From assembly GCA_965199185.1 (NCBI GenBank), contig CBDAQW010000004.1, positions 169,032 through 201,031 of the forward strand: a stretch of DNA of 32,000 nt. Direction: 5' to 3'. Position numbers and translations under genes: made by a program. This document shows positions 8,546 to 17,492 of the stretch, one piece after another. The stretch's first letter is position 1. Every line of letters starts with the position of its first letter. Below the pieces are notes generated by a model that did no database searches, was not told where the DNA came from, and saw nothing but the letters and a program-made list of their open reading frames with translations. The DNA is from Endozoicomonas sp. (lineage in GTDB: Bacteria; Pseudomonadota; Gammaproteobacteria; Pseudomonadales; Endozoicomonadaceae).

Positions 8546-9675
8546 TTGATATGAGCCAATACTACATGACATCTTAACATGTATCATTTTACCTCCGATG
8601 TAGAGGTATCCATGAGCAGAGTTGACGGTCGCAAAGTATCCCACGAAGTACGAGAAAGTATCCGGTTCGAGGCTATTCAAAAATGGTTAGACGGTGCTTC
8701 TGTCCAAGCACTTTCTGTCGAATACAGCACAGATAGATCCTGTATCTACCGCTGGATTGATCGTTACAAAAAAGGTGGCATGGAGGCGTTAAAAACACGC
8801 CCCATCGCACACAGTAAAAACGCCAAACTCTCGCCTGAGCAACGAGAGACACTCTCAAAGATCATTCTCACCAAAGACCCAACGTTTTACGGTTTTTATA
8901 AAGCACTGTGGTCTCGGGACATCATCGCAGCGGTGATCAAAACAGAGTTCAACATCACCATGCATCCTGCCGCTGTCAGTAAGATGCTCAGAAAAATGGG
9001 TCTAACGCCTCAGCGGCCAGTGCGAAAAGCCTGGCAGCAGAGCGAAAAAAAAAGTACAGGATTATTTGGATACACGTTATCCAGCTCTTCGTAAACAGGC
9101 GGAAGAGGAAGGGGCTATTATCTATTTCATTGATGAAGCGAGCATACGTTCTGACTATCACTCCGGTACAACTTGGAGCAAAAAAGGTTATACGCCAACT
9201 GTCACCAAAACTGGCGCGCGCTTTGGCATCAACATGATCGCCGCTGTCAGTGGTGAAGGACACATGCGCTACATGACAATTACCGGCCGCTTTAATGCGG
9301 ATGTCTTCATAAAGTTTCTGAAGCAAATAGTCGCATCACATGATCGTCCTGTAATGATCGTAACCGATGGTCATTCTGCACACAGCGCCAAGAAAGTCAT
9401 GAAATATCTCAAGAAAGAAGAACGGCTTCTTGACATACAGCTACTGCCACCCTACTCACCGGAACTGAACCCTGTTGAACTTGTCTGGAGTGTTCTGAAA
9501 TCAGGGCATATTGGCCGTATGGCATTGAAAACCAAAAAGGCATTTCTCCGCGCGGTGAGTTCTGGACTTAAATCGTTGCAGAGGAAGAAAAAGAAAATTC
9601 TGGGATTCTTTCGGGCGGAACATACGGCTTATGCTTGTCTTGAAAAGACTGTCGCATAGCGTAAACGCATATCAA
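8546..9675 (+). mobile_element. IS630-family insertion sequence (1130 bp) with a TA target-site duplication
   Basis: The ends ttgatatg... and ...catatcaa are inverted repeats. A TA dinucleotide lies immediately outside both ends (8544-8545 and 9676-9677). Removing the element and one TA restores the host reading frame ...DQHWQIEQFHRAIKQ. Confidence 0.85.
8612..9659 (+). CDS. IS630-family DDE transposase encoded in two frames joined at an A9 tract
   Basis: orfA (HTH region, ...CIYRWIDRYKKGGMEALKTRP...) runs in the frame of 8579..9094. orfB (DDE region, ...IIYFIDEASIRSD...MIVTDGHSAHSAK...PPYSPELNPVELVW) runs in the +1 frame to 9659. The junction is at aaaaaaaaa, 9045-9053. The likely start is ATG 8612, after GAGG. 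Confidence 0.8.
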
Positions 9676-9677
9676 TA

Positions 9678-9851
9678 GAACAGTTTCACAGAGCGATCAA
9701 GCAAGTTTGTCATATCGAGCATTTTCAGGTGCGTAATGAGCGACCTGTGAGAAATCACATCTTTGCCAGTATTCTGAGTTTTGTTTATCTCCAGAAGATG
9801 CAGATAGCGCAGGAGTTTACGAATATATCAGCACCAACGAGGGCTGTTTAA
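9678..9851 (+). pseudogene. IS701-like transposase, C-terminal remnant
   Basis: (I)EQFHRAIKQVCHIEHFQVRNERPVRNHIFASILSFVYLQ matches the W-x-IE-x-FHR-x-x-KQ C-terminal block of IS4/IS701-type transposases. It is contiguous with 8065..8545 once IS630 is excised. Confidence 0.6.
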
Positions 9852-10050
9852 AGAGGTGGTTGGTGAGTTTATTGGGATTTTCGCAAAAGGCAAAGATTAT
9901 CTGCTACCAAAATACGCCGGTGTCATCAATGCGTAAGTCCTATGGATTGAGGGTGTTTTAAAGGTTGATCTGGACTTGCTGGATAGGGTTGCCTATTAAT
10001 CCTTGGTTCCCATTGTCTCCCGTTGAAATACCTATTAGTAATGAATCACA

Positions 10051-10076
10051 CTCCCACGCTGGAGCATTGGAGCGAG
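10051..10076. repeat. REP-like imperfect palindromic motif
   Basis: ctcccacgctggagcattggagcgag closely resembles the reverse complement of 14505-14530 (ctcccaccctggagtatgggagccag). Confidence 0.4.
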
Positions 10077-10181
10077 TTGTACGGTTATTTTTTCTGCCGG
10101 TAAGCAGGGAACCCCCTTGTGGCGCATGGGTGCTAACAGGGCTTTGCTTAAAGGTTTTTCCTAAATCACAGTCACGGAATG

Positions 10182-10209
10182 ATGACAAAATGCACACACC
10201 CACTATACT
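10182..10209 (+). promoter_or_regulatory. Candidate sigma70 promoter for the toxin-antitoxin pair, possibly giving a leaderless mRNA
   Basis: aTGACA (10182-10187), a 16-nt spacer, then TATACT (10204-10209). The -10 element ends 6 nt before the ATG at 10216, and no SD is seen. Confidence 0.3.
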
Positions 10210-10215
10210 GCCCGT

Positions 10216-10494
10216 ATGAAATGCTTTAACTGGAACGCTGATAAGAATCAGCAGCTGATCAAGCAACGGAGCCTGTCGTTTGAAGAGATTATTTTCCATA
10301 TCCAGAATGGCAACTTAATGGACGATATTGCCCATCCCAATCAGCAAAATTACGCACACCAGCGGCTGTTTGTGGTGAATGTGCAGGGTTATATCTGGCT
10401 GGTGCCCTATGTGGAGAGCGAGACGGAGATATTTCTAAAAACCCTGATACCAAGACGCAAGTTTACCCGTGATTACCTAGGAGCCAAGCCATGA
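10216..10494 (+). CDS. BrnT-like (DUF497-type) toxin of a type II toxin-antitoxin module
   Basis: 92-aa ORF. FNWNADKNQQLIKQRSLSFEEI... resembles the FEWDxxKxxxNxxKHGVSFEEA start of BrnT-family toxins. It overlaps the downstream antitoxin-like gene by 4 nt (ATGA). Confidence 0.6.
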   Translation: MKCFNWNADKNQQLIKQRSLSFEEIIFHIQNGNLMDDIAHPNQQNYAHQRLFVVNVQGYIWLVPYVESETEIFLKTLIPRRKFTRDYLGAKP

Positions 10495-10775
10495 AAAAAA
10501 CAAGACTGGATCAAGACGAACAGGCACTGCTGGATGCCTTTGAAACCGGGGATTATGAATCCACCCTGACCGATGAGCGCAAAACCGCGCTGGTACACGC
10601 GGCCAGTGAGACGTTCAAAAAGGATAAGCGAATTAATATTCGCATCTCCCAGCGGGATCTGATGGCCATTCAATCACGGGCACAGCGGGAAGGCATTCCT
10701 TACCAGACACTGGTGTCCAGCATTATTCACAAGTACCTGTCCGGCTCACTGCTGGATGCCTCTGCCCGCTCCTGA
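10491..10775 (+). CDS. BrnA-like/CopG ribbon-helix-helix antitoxin
   Basis: 94-aa ORF. KDKRINIRISQRDLMAIQSRAQREGIPYQTLVSSIIHKYLSG is the typical RHH C-terminus of BrnA-type antitoxins. The toxin-first gene order fits BrnTA. Confidence 0.65.
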   Translation: MKKTRLDQDEQALLDAFETGDYESTLTDERKTALVHAASETFKKDKRINIRISQRDLMAIQSRAQREGIPYQTLVSSIIHKYLSGSLLDASARS

Positions 10776-10780
10776 TTTGA

Positions 10781-10804
10781 AACCGGCGCAAAACTGCGCC
10801 GGTT
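10781..10804. terminator. Hairpin between convergent ORFs
   Basis: aaccggcgc-aaaact-gcgccggtt, a perfect 9-bp GC-rich stem. There is no clear U-tract, and it overlaps the stop of the minus-strand small ORF. Confidence 0.4.
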
Positions 10805-10970
10805 AACCCAACGGCTCGCAGCTGGCCGCATTTTCGTTTCCCTCGATACATTTAACCGCTTCAATCTTCCCAACCAACGCCCGATGCTGCTCCGGCGTTT
10901 TTGGCCTGCGGGCTTGAAGCGCTTCCAGTTCTATTTCCAACTCCAGCAATGCTTTTTCGTTGATTGTCAT
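10803..10970 (-). CDS. Small hypothetical protein (55 aa, coiled-coil-like)
   Basis: MTINEKALLELEIELEALQARRPKTPEQHRALVGKIEAVKCIEG... is preceded by AAGGAA. It is below the track's size cut-off and I recognise no homology. Confidence 0.3.
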   Translation of the reverse strand: MTINEKALLELEIELEALQARRPKTPEQHRALVGKIEAVKCIEGNENAASCEPLG

Positions 10971-10972
10971 TC

Positions 10973-11134
10973 TTATTCCTTCGGGCTTACTTTGGTCAGT
11001 TCAAAACCTTTGCCAGTGTTGGTCAGAAGCCCCTGTTCAACCAACTGATCAAATACGCCTTTCACTTCTGATAGTGCTTTGCGCTGGCTGACAGGGTGAC
11101 CAAAATCACCGTTAAAGATGCGTTGCTCTAAGCA
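10973..11134 (-). pseudogene. 5'-truncated gene remnant with a winged-helix-like C-terminus
   Basis: Open frame EQRIFNGDFGHPVSQRKALSEVKGVFDQLVEQGLLTNTGKGFELTKVSPKE* with no start codon. It is bounded upstream by a stop and by the truncated MITE copy. Confidence 0.3.
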
Positions 11135-11154
11135 TTACAGCTTTTCTTGATCAG

Positions 11155-11287
11155 TACGGTACAGAAGAACAATGCAGAATGACAGCTAGTAGAGGTTTTG
11201 TGCACTCTGCTGTCATCCTTTACAGGGACTGTACGGGATCTACGTGGCATGGATAGCCATGTTGAAATTAAAAGTCACACATCGGGT
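11155..11287 (-). repeat. MITE-1 copy C, 5'-truncated, reverse orientation
   Basis: cagaatgacagctagtagaggttttgtgcactctgctgtcatcctttacagggactgtacgggatctacgtggcatggatagccatgttgaaattaaaagtcacacatcgggt is near-identical to the reverse complement of 18827..18935. Confidence 0.75.
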
Positions 11288-11492
11288 AATGATTGGGAAT
11301 GTGAAGAGTTCTCTCAAGGGCAGTTATCACAGCATTAATCCAAAACACCTTCCACAATATCTTGCCGAGTTTTGTTATCGATTTAATCGGCGCTTTGATA
11401 TTGGGTCAATGTTAGAGCGCCTAGGATGCATGGCAGCACGGACGTATCCAATGCCGGAAAGACTTCTCAAGCTGGCTGAGGCTCAGTGGTAA
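11288..11492 (+). pseudogene. IS1595-family transposase, C-terminal stub
   Basis: ...MIGNVKSSLKGSYHSINPKHLPQYLAEFCYRFNRRFDIGSMLERL... is the conserved C-terminal block of IS1595-type DDE transposases. The apparent N-terminus of track ORF 11244..11492 ([14 protein letters not shown]) is read from the MITE end. Confidence 0.7.
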
Positions 11493-11675
11493 TCAGGAAA
11501 ACTTTTATATGGAATAGAACACACTGAACTGTTAATGCCTGTAGCGTTATGCTGATGATTAAAATGCGTAACGATAAACGACTTTCAGCAAGTGCGAGCA
11601 TGGTTTTATCTTGGAGAGATACTTATAATCAGCACCATTCTCAGCACTCTCTCTATTTTTACAGAAGCAACCACA

Positions 11676-12995
11676 ATGAAAGTAACCGTTTTCGGCATCG
11701 GCTATGTAGGTCTGGTGCAAGCCGCCATCCTCGCAGAAGTGGGCCATGATGTTATCTGCATCGATATCGATCAGAACAAAGTTGATAACCTCAAAAAAGG
11801 CATTATCCCCATCTACGAGCCGGGTCTGGAGCCTATCGTTAAAGAGAATTATGAAGCTGGCAGGCTGAATTTCACCACCAATGCCAGAGAAGGCATTGAG
11901 CATGGGCAGCTTCAGTTTATCGCAGTGGGCACACCACCCGATGAAGATGGCTCTGCGGATCTGCAATATGTTCTGGCTGTGGCTGAAACGATCGCTTCAC
12001 ACATGGACGATCCAAAGATCATTATCAACAAGTCTACGGTTCCGGTGGGTACTGCGGATAAGGTGTCCGCCAAAGTTCGTGACGTGTTAGCCGCTCGTGG
12101 CGTTAGTACCGAGTTTCATGTGGCTTCTAATCCTGAGTTTCTGAAAGAAGGTGCAGCAGTTAATGATTGCATGAAGCCTGATCGTATTGTGGTCGGTACC
12201 GACAGTTCTCTGGTGATGGAAGCCATGCGTGAGTTGTACGCGCCGTTTAACCGTAATCATGATCGTATGATTTTTATGGATGTTCGCAGTGCGGAGCTGA
12301 CCAAGTACGCTGCTAACTGCATGCTCGCCACCAAGATCAGCTTTATGAATGAGATGTCTAATCTGGCTGAACAGTTGGGCGCTGATATTGAGATGGTGCG
12401 TCAGGGAATTGGTTCTGACCCACGGATTGGTTATCACTTTATTTATCCTGGCTGTGGCTATGGCGGCTCTTGTTTTCCTAAAGATGTTCAGGCACTTAAA
12501 CGTACCGCTGAAGAGATTGGCTTTGAACCTCTGATGCTGAATGCGGTTGAAGAACGTAATGCTCGCCAGAAGGGTGTTTTGTTCCAGAAACTGCAATCTC
12601 ACTTTGATGGACAACTCGAAGGTAAGACCATTGCGTTGTGGGGGCTTTCTTTCAAACCGAATACGGATGATATGCGGGATGCACCGAGCCGTGTGCTGAT
12701 GCAAGCGTTATGGGAGGCCGGCGTTCAGGTGAAGGCCTATGACCCTGAAGCGATGGAAGAAGCTCAGCGCATTTATGGCATTAAAGACAATCTGCAACTG
12801 TGCGGTACGGCTCAGGCGGCACTGAAAGGGGCGGATGCTTTGGTGATTTGTACTGAATGGAAGCAGTTCCGTGCGCCTGATTTTGAAGAGATGAGTGCTT
12901 TGCTGAATCAGCCGGTGGTGATTGACGGTCGTAATATGTATGAACCGTCTCGCATGACAGCCAAAGGCTTTACCTATTATGCGATTGGTCGCTGA
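11676..12995 (+). CDS. ugd: UDP-glucose 6-dehydrogenase
   Basis: [26 protein letters not shown] Rossmann start and GGSCFPKD catalytic-Cys motif. The track ORF's 28-aa upstream extension (from 11592) has no support. Confidence 0.9.
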   Translation: MKVTVFGIGYVGLVQAAILAEVGHDVICIDIDQNKVDNLKKGIIPIYEPGLEPIVKENYEAGRLNFTTNAREGIEHGQLQFIAVGTPPDEDGSADLQYVLAVAETIASHMDDPKIIINKSTVPVGTADKVSAKVRDVLAARGVSTEFHVASNPEFLKEGAAVNDCMKPDRIVVGTDSSLVMEAMRELYAPFNRNHDRMIFMDVRSAELTKYAANCMLATKISFMNEMSNLAEQLGADIEMVRQGIGSDPRIGYHFIYPGCGYGGSCFPKDVQALKRTAEEIGFEPLMLNAVEERNARQKGVLFQKLQSHFDGQLEGKTIALWGLSFKPNTDDMRDAPSRVLMQALWEAGVQVKAYDPEAMEEAQRIYGIKDNLQLCGTAQAALKGADALVICTEWKQFRAPDFEEMSALLNQPVVIDGRNMYEPSRMTAKGFTYYAIGR

Positions 12996-13024
12996 TCTTT
13001 AGTGGGTTCTGGCTGTCTATTCTT

Positions 13025-13051
13025 ATCCGGTTTTGTTTGGCAAAGCCGGAT
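13025..13051 (+). terminator. Candidate ugd terminator hairpin
   Basis: atccggttttg-tttgg-caaagccggat (one mismatch) followed by ttt, about 30 nt after the ugd stop. Confidence 0.45.
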
Positions 13052-13126
13052 TTAACCCAGTTACCCGATGCGTGACTCTTAATTTCAACATGGCTATCCA
13101 TACTGCGTGGATCCCGTACAATCCCG

Positions 13127-13231
13127 AAGCTGTCGCAACAGCTGCTTATGCGCTTTTTTTTCAGCATTTCATGCTGATTGTCGGCTTCCTGTTCCACAGG
13201 AAACCGACCTACATTAATTTTGCGACAGCCT
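13127..13231. repeat. Element-2, shorter copy, nested in MITE-1 copy B
   Basis: aagctgtcgcaa...ttttgcgacagcct. The internal ttcagcatttcatgctgattgtcggcttcctgttccacaggaaaccgacctacattaatt is homologous to the reverse complement of 230..385. Confidence 0.65.
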
Positions 13232-13302
13232 CATCCCTGTTCGAGATGACAGCAGACTGAAGCCGTCATTCTGTACAGGGATTGTACAGAATCCATAAGC
13301 CA

Positions 13303-13424
13303 ACCCGATGTGTGACTTTTAATTTCAACATGGCTATCCATGCCACGTGGATCCCGTACAGGGAGTGTACAGAACCCATAAGCCATGGATTGGCAACCTA
13401 CGAGATAAAAGTCACATATCGGGT
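13303..13424 (+). repeat. MITE-1 copy D (122 bp, internally deleted), inserted into copy B
   Basis: Has both termini (acccgatgtgtgactttt ... ataaaagtcacatatcgggt). The host copy B sequence ataagcca|...|taagccatgg is duplicated at the junctions (taagcca). It lacks the central segment between the two gtacaggga repeats. Confidence 0.75.
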
Positions 13425-13490
13425 TAAGCCATGGATCGACAACCATCATGATAAAAGTCACACATCGGGTTCCAGTATTAAGGTGCAAGC

Positions 13491-14489
13491 ATGAAATACC
13501 TGATAACCGGCGCTGCCGGTTTTATTGGTTTTTACACCGCCAAACGGCTCTGTGAAATGGGTCATGAGGTGGTTGGTTTAGATAATCTGAACGACTATTA
13601 CGATGTCAGCCTGAAGCGTGGTCGTCTTGAACAGCTGAGCCTTCTCAGCAACTTTCGCTTTGTAGAGATGGATCTGGCTGATCGTGAAGGCATTGCCGGG
13701 CTGTTTAAAGCCGAGCAATTCAAACGTGTTATTCATCTTGCTGCTCAGGCCGGTGTGCGTTATTCCATTGAGAACCCAATGGCTTACATCGACAGCAACC
13801 TGGTCGGGCATGCAACAATTCTGGAGGGTTGCCGTCATAACGATGTTGAACACCTGGTCTATGCTTCTTCCAGCTCTGTTTACGGCATGAACACTAAAAT
13901 GCCCTTCTCCACGGAAGATGCGGTGGATCACCCGGTATCGCTGTATGCAGCTACTAAAAAATCCAATGAATTAATGTCTCACACCTATTCGCACCTGTAT
14001 GGATTGCCTACCACAGGTTTGAGATTCTTTACTGTCTACGGCCCTTGGGGTCGTCCGGATATGGCTTACTTTAAATTCACTCAGATGATTCAACGTGGGG
14101 AAGCCATTCCAATCTTTAACGAAGGCAAGCTGAAGCGCGATTTCACCTATATTGACGATATTGTGGAAGGCGTTGTGCGGATTCAGGATGTGATTCCATC
14201 TGGCTCAGAGAACTTTAATAACAGCGATCCAAGCCGGAGCTCTGCGCCGTTCCGGGTATTTAATATCGGTAACAATCAGCCCGTTGAGCTGATGTCATTT
14301 ATTGAAGCACTGGAAGATGCTATTGGCATGAAAGCTGAGAAGACGTTCCTGCCTATGCAGCCCGGTGATGTTTACGCCACCTATGCGGATGTGGATGATT
14401 TGATGAATACGGTAGGTTTTAAACCGAAGACCACGATTCAGGAAGGGCTGTCATCCTTTGCCCACTGGTATAAAGACTGGGCTCACTGA
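13491..14489 (+). CDS. NAD-dependent epimerase, UDP-glucuronate 4-epimerase-like
   Basis: MKYLITGAAGFIGF Rossmann motif and YAATKKSNE (YxxxK) catalytic motif. Overall similarity to the extended SDRs that make UDP-GalA, and located next to ugd. Confidence 0.85.
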   Translation: MKYLITGAAGFIGFYTAKRLCEMGHEVVGLDNLNDYYDVSLKRGRLEQLSLLSNFRFVEMDLADREGIAGLFKAEQFKRVIHLAAQAGVRYSIENPMAYIDSNLVGHATILEGCRHNDVEHLVYASSSSVYGMNTKMPFSTEDAVDHPVSLYAATKKSNELMSHTYSHLYGLPTTGLRFFTVYGPWGRPDMAYFKFTQMIQRGEAIPIFNEGKLKRDFTYIDDIVEGVVRIQDVIPSGSENFNNSDPSRSSAPFRVFNIGNNQPVELMSFIEALEDAIGMKAEKTFLPMQPGDVYATYADVDDLMNTVGFKPKTTIQEGLSSFAHWYKDWAH

Positions 14490-14506
14490 GTTCTCTATAT
14501 TCTCTG

Positions 14507-14530
14507 GCTCCCATACTCCAGGGTGGGAGC
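14507..14530. terminator. REP-like hairpin between convergent genes
   Basis: gctccca-tactccaggg-tgggagc, a 7-bp stem. Same motif family as 10051..10076. Confidence 0.4.
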
Positions 14531-14540
14531 TGTCAGACGC

Positions 14541-15002
14541 TTATAAATCCATGCCACCACTCAAAGAAACCTCACGGATTGATACCTCAAATGGCAACCC
14601 TCCGGAAAAATGAAACTGCTCTTCAGTCACCGCGTTATCATAAGTCACTTCGTAAAGCAGTATGAACGGCAGCTCCAGTCCCTTCCGCCACAATCGATAG
14701 TCAGCATGCCAGCCAATAAAACGGTGAGAACGGTATTCACCGAGCTCCTGGGTCAGTAGTGGATAATAAATCGACTTGTTTTTACCCGTTGTGGTAATCC
14801 AGCGGTCAGCGGTATGAATGACCAGGACTTTTTCTTCCTGTGAAGCACTTGAAAGAAACTGATCGACGGCTCTCTGATAAACATATTGTTTGCTAAGAGT
14901 TACAGCTATCAGTCCCAGAACGATTAACAAAGCAATAATCAGACAGCGTGAAAGCCAGGAAAAATAAGTATTACCTATAATTATTGTATTTTTTATAACC
15001 AT
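14541..15002 (-). CDS. Hypothetical membrane-anchored protein
   Basis: The track ORF starts at TTG 15113. The ATG at 15002 gives MVIKNTIIIGNTYFSWLSRCLIIALLIVLGLIAV..., with a single N-terminal hydrophobic helix. No recognisable domain. Confidence 0.55.
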   Translation of the reverse strand: MVIKNTIIIGNTYFSWLSRCLIIALLIVLGLIAVTLSKQYVYQRAVDQFLSSASQEEKVLVIHTADRWITTTGKNKSIYYPLLTQELGEYRSHRFIGWHADYRLWRKGLELPFILLYEVTYDNAVTEEQFHFSGGLPFEVSIREVSLSGGMDL

Positions 15003-15235
15003 TTCTGTTATCCAAATTATTTTTCGTGCAGATGGTTGGAAAGGGCAAGTAACTTGCGACTGAGTTGTGACATCAGCCAATATAGATATGTCGGCTGGGT
15101 ATTTGATTAGCAAAGCTCCGAGGGTTATCTACTCTTATTAAAAGAGCTATCTGGCATAGCCGTCATTGTTAGCTGGCTTATTTTGGATGTAGTTTTCCAC
15201 TGATGAGCTTTCCCCCGTAATTAGAGGACAGGATT

Positions 15236-15679
15236 ATGAAGACAAGGATGTCGAGAATGGTTGGCTTTACGCTGATCGAATTGATGATCGTAGTGGCTAT
15301 CATCGGTATTTTGGCGGCGGTGGCTGTTCCCCAGTATCAGAACTACACCCGGAACGCTACCGTTAATGCGGCATTGAACGAAGCTAATCAGTTTAAAACA
15401 GCGGTTGCTGTTTGTGCCCAGACGAACGCAATTACTGATTGTGATGCTCCAACTGGAACCCAGACAAACACCACAGGTATTCCTACTACACCAAGAAATA
15501 CCATCCAGAGTGTTGTAGATGGCGTGATTATTATCCGTCCCGGTGGTTCTTTTGGTACGCAGCAGATGACTTACTCCCCTGACTCAACTGGCACCATCTG
15601 GACACTGACCTGTTCTACCTGTTCTGGTGATCCAAACCTTTCTCAAAATCAGGCGTTTATCAATAGTCCGGATTCTTAA
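15236..15679 (+). CDS. Type IV pilin (PilA/PilE-like major pilin)
   Basis: Class III leader followed by [28 protein letters not shown] (prepilin peptidase site G|F, with Glu at +5). C-terminal Cys pairs. AGAGGA RBS. Confidence 0.9.
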   Translation: MKTRMSRMVGFTLIELMIVVAIIGILAAVAVPQYQNYTRNATVNAALNEANQFKTAVAVCAQTNAITDCDAPTGTQTNTTGIPTTPRNTIQSVVDGVIIIRPGGSFGTQQMTYSPDSTGTIWTLTCSTCSGDPNLSQNQAFINSPDS

Positions 15680-15693
15680 AAGCAAAACTTTCA

Positions 15694-17379
<1,686 letters not shown>

Positions 17380-17492
17380 TCATTAAAAAGGCTTAACCGG
17401 AAACATCGGCGCAGTCAGATAAAAGCCAATAGGTAAAATGTTGGTTAACGATTTTTTATTGTATCCTCCACTTCTGAATTCAGGCTCTATGG

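Larger units (their letters stand above)
8032..9942 (+). mobile_element. Decayed, internally deleted IS701-like/IS4-superfamily element hosting a nested IS630
   Basis: 17-bp perfect terminal inverted repeats: taggacttacgcattga at 8032-8048 and tcaatgcgtaagtccta at 9926-9942. Transposase N- and C-terminal pieces lie inside. No flanking target duplication is visible. Confidence 0.7.
13063..13470 (+). repeat. MITE-1 copy B, forward orientation, carrying element-2 and a nested MITE-1 copy
   Basis: Starts acccgatgcgtgactcttaatttcaacatggctatcc and ends gataaaagtcacacatcgggt. The body is interrupted at 13127..13231 and 13303..13424. Confidence 0.75.

Noticed and set aside
8182-8680. Minus-strand ORFs of 111 aa and 67 aa, and 8673-8858 / 8988-9326 minus-strand ORFs
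   Set aside because: They are antisense to the IS701-like and IS630 transposase reading frames, and I recognise no independent evidence for them.
9958-10299. 113-aa minus-strand and 84-aa plus-strand ORFs upstream of the toxin gene
   Set aside because: They overlap each other almost completely and show no motif, no RBS and odd composition. The minus-strand ORF also overlaps the BrnT-like gene. I treat the region as non-coding.
11537-11548. ops/JUMPstart-like motif gcctgtagcgtt about 130 nt upstream of ugd
   Set aside because: Only 9 of 12 positions match GGCGGTAGCGTG, with mismatches in the G-rich core that RfaH recognition relies on. It also lies in sequence that may belong to the IS1595 remnant. 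Too weak to call.
11592-11675. 28-aa upstream extension of ugd, plus ORFs 11549-11749 (+) and 11559-11966 (-)
   Set aside because: The Rossmann-fold start [12 protein letters not shown] at 11676 is the canonical Ugd N-terminus. The other ORFs overlap it out of frame or antisense and have no support.
12087-12704. 205-aa antisense ORF inside ugd, and similar antisense or alternative-frame ORFs inside ligB, cca, radA, ydiJ-like, the L,D-transpeptidase gene and glgP
   Set aside because: These are shadow ORFs opposite strongly supported genes. They have no motifs and are rich in R/L/H/Q, as expected for antisense translation.
12970-13494. Four overlapping track ORFs (12970-13197 -, 13033-13260 +, 13231-13488 -, 13282-13494 +)
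   Set aside because: All are read from the stacked MITE copies between ugd and the epimerase. They overlap each other on both strands, and their 'conserved' peptides ([20 protein letters not shown]) are translations of the repeat terminus.
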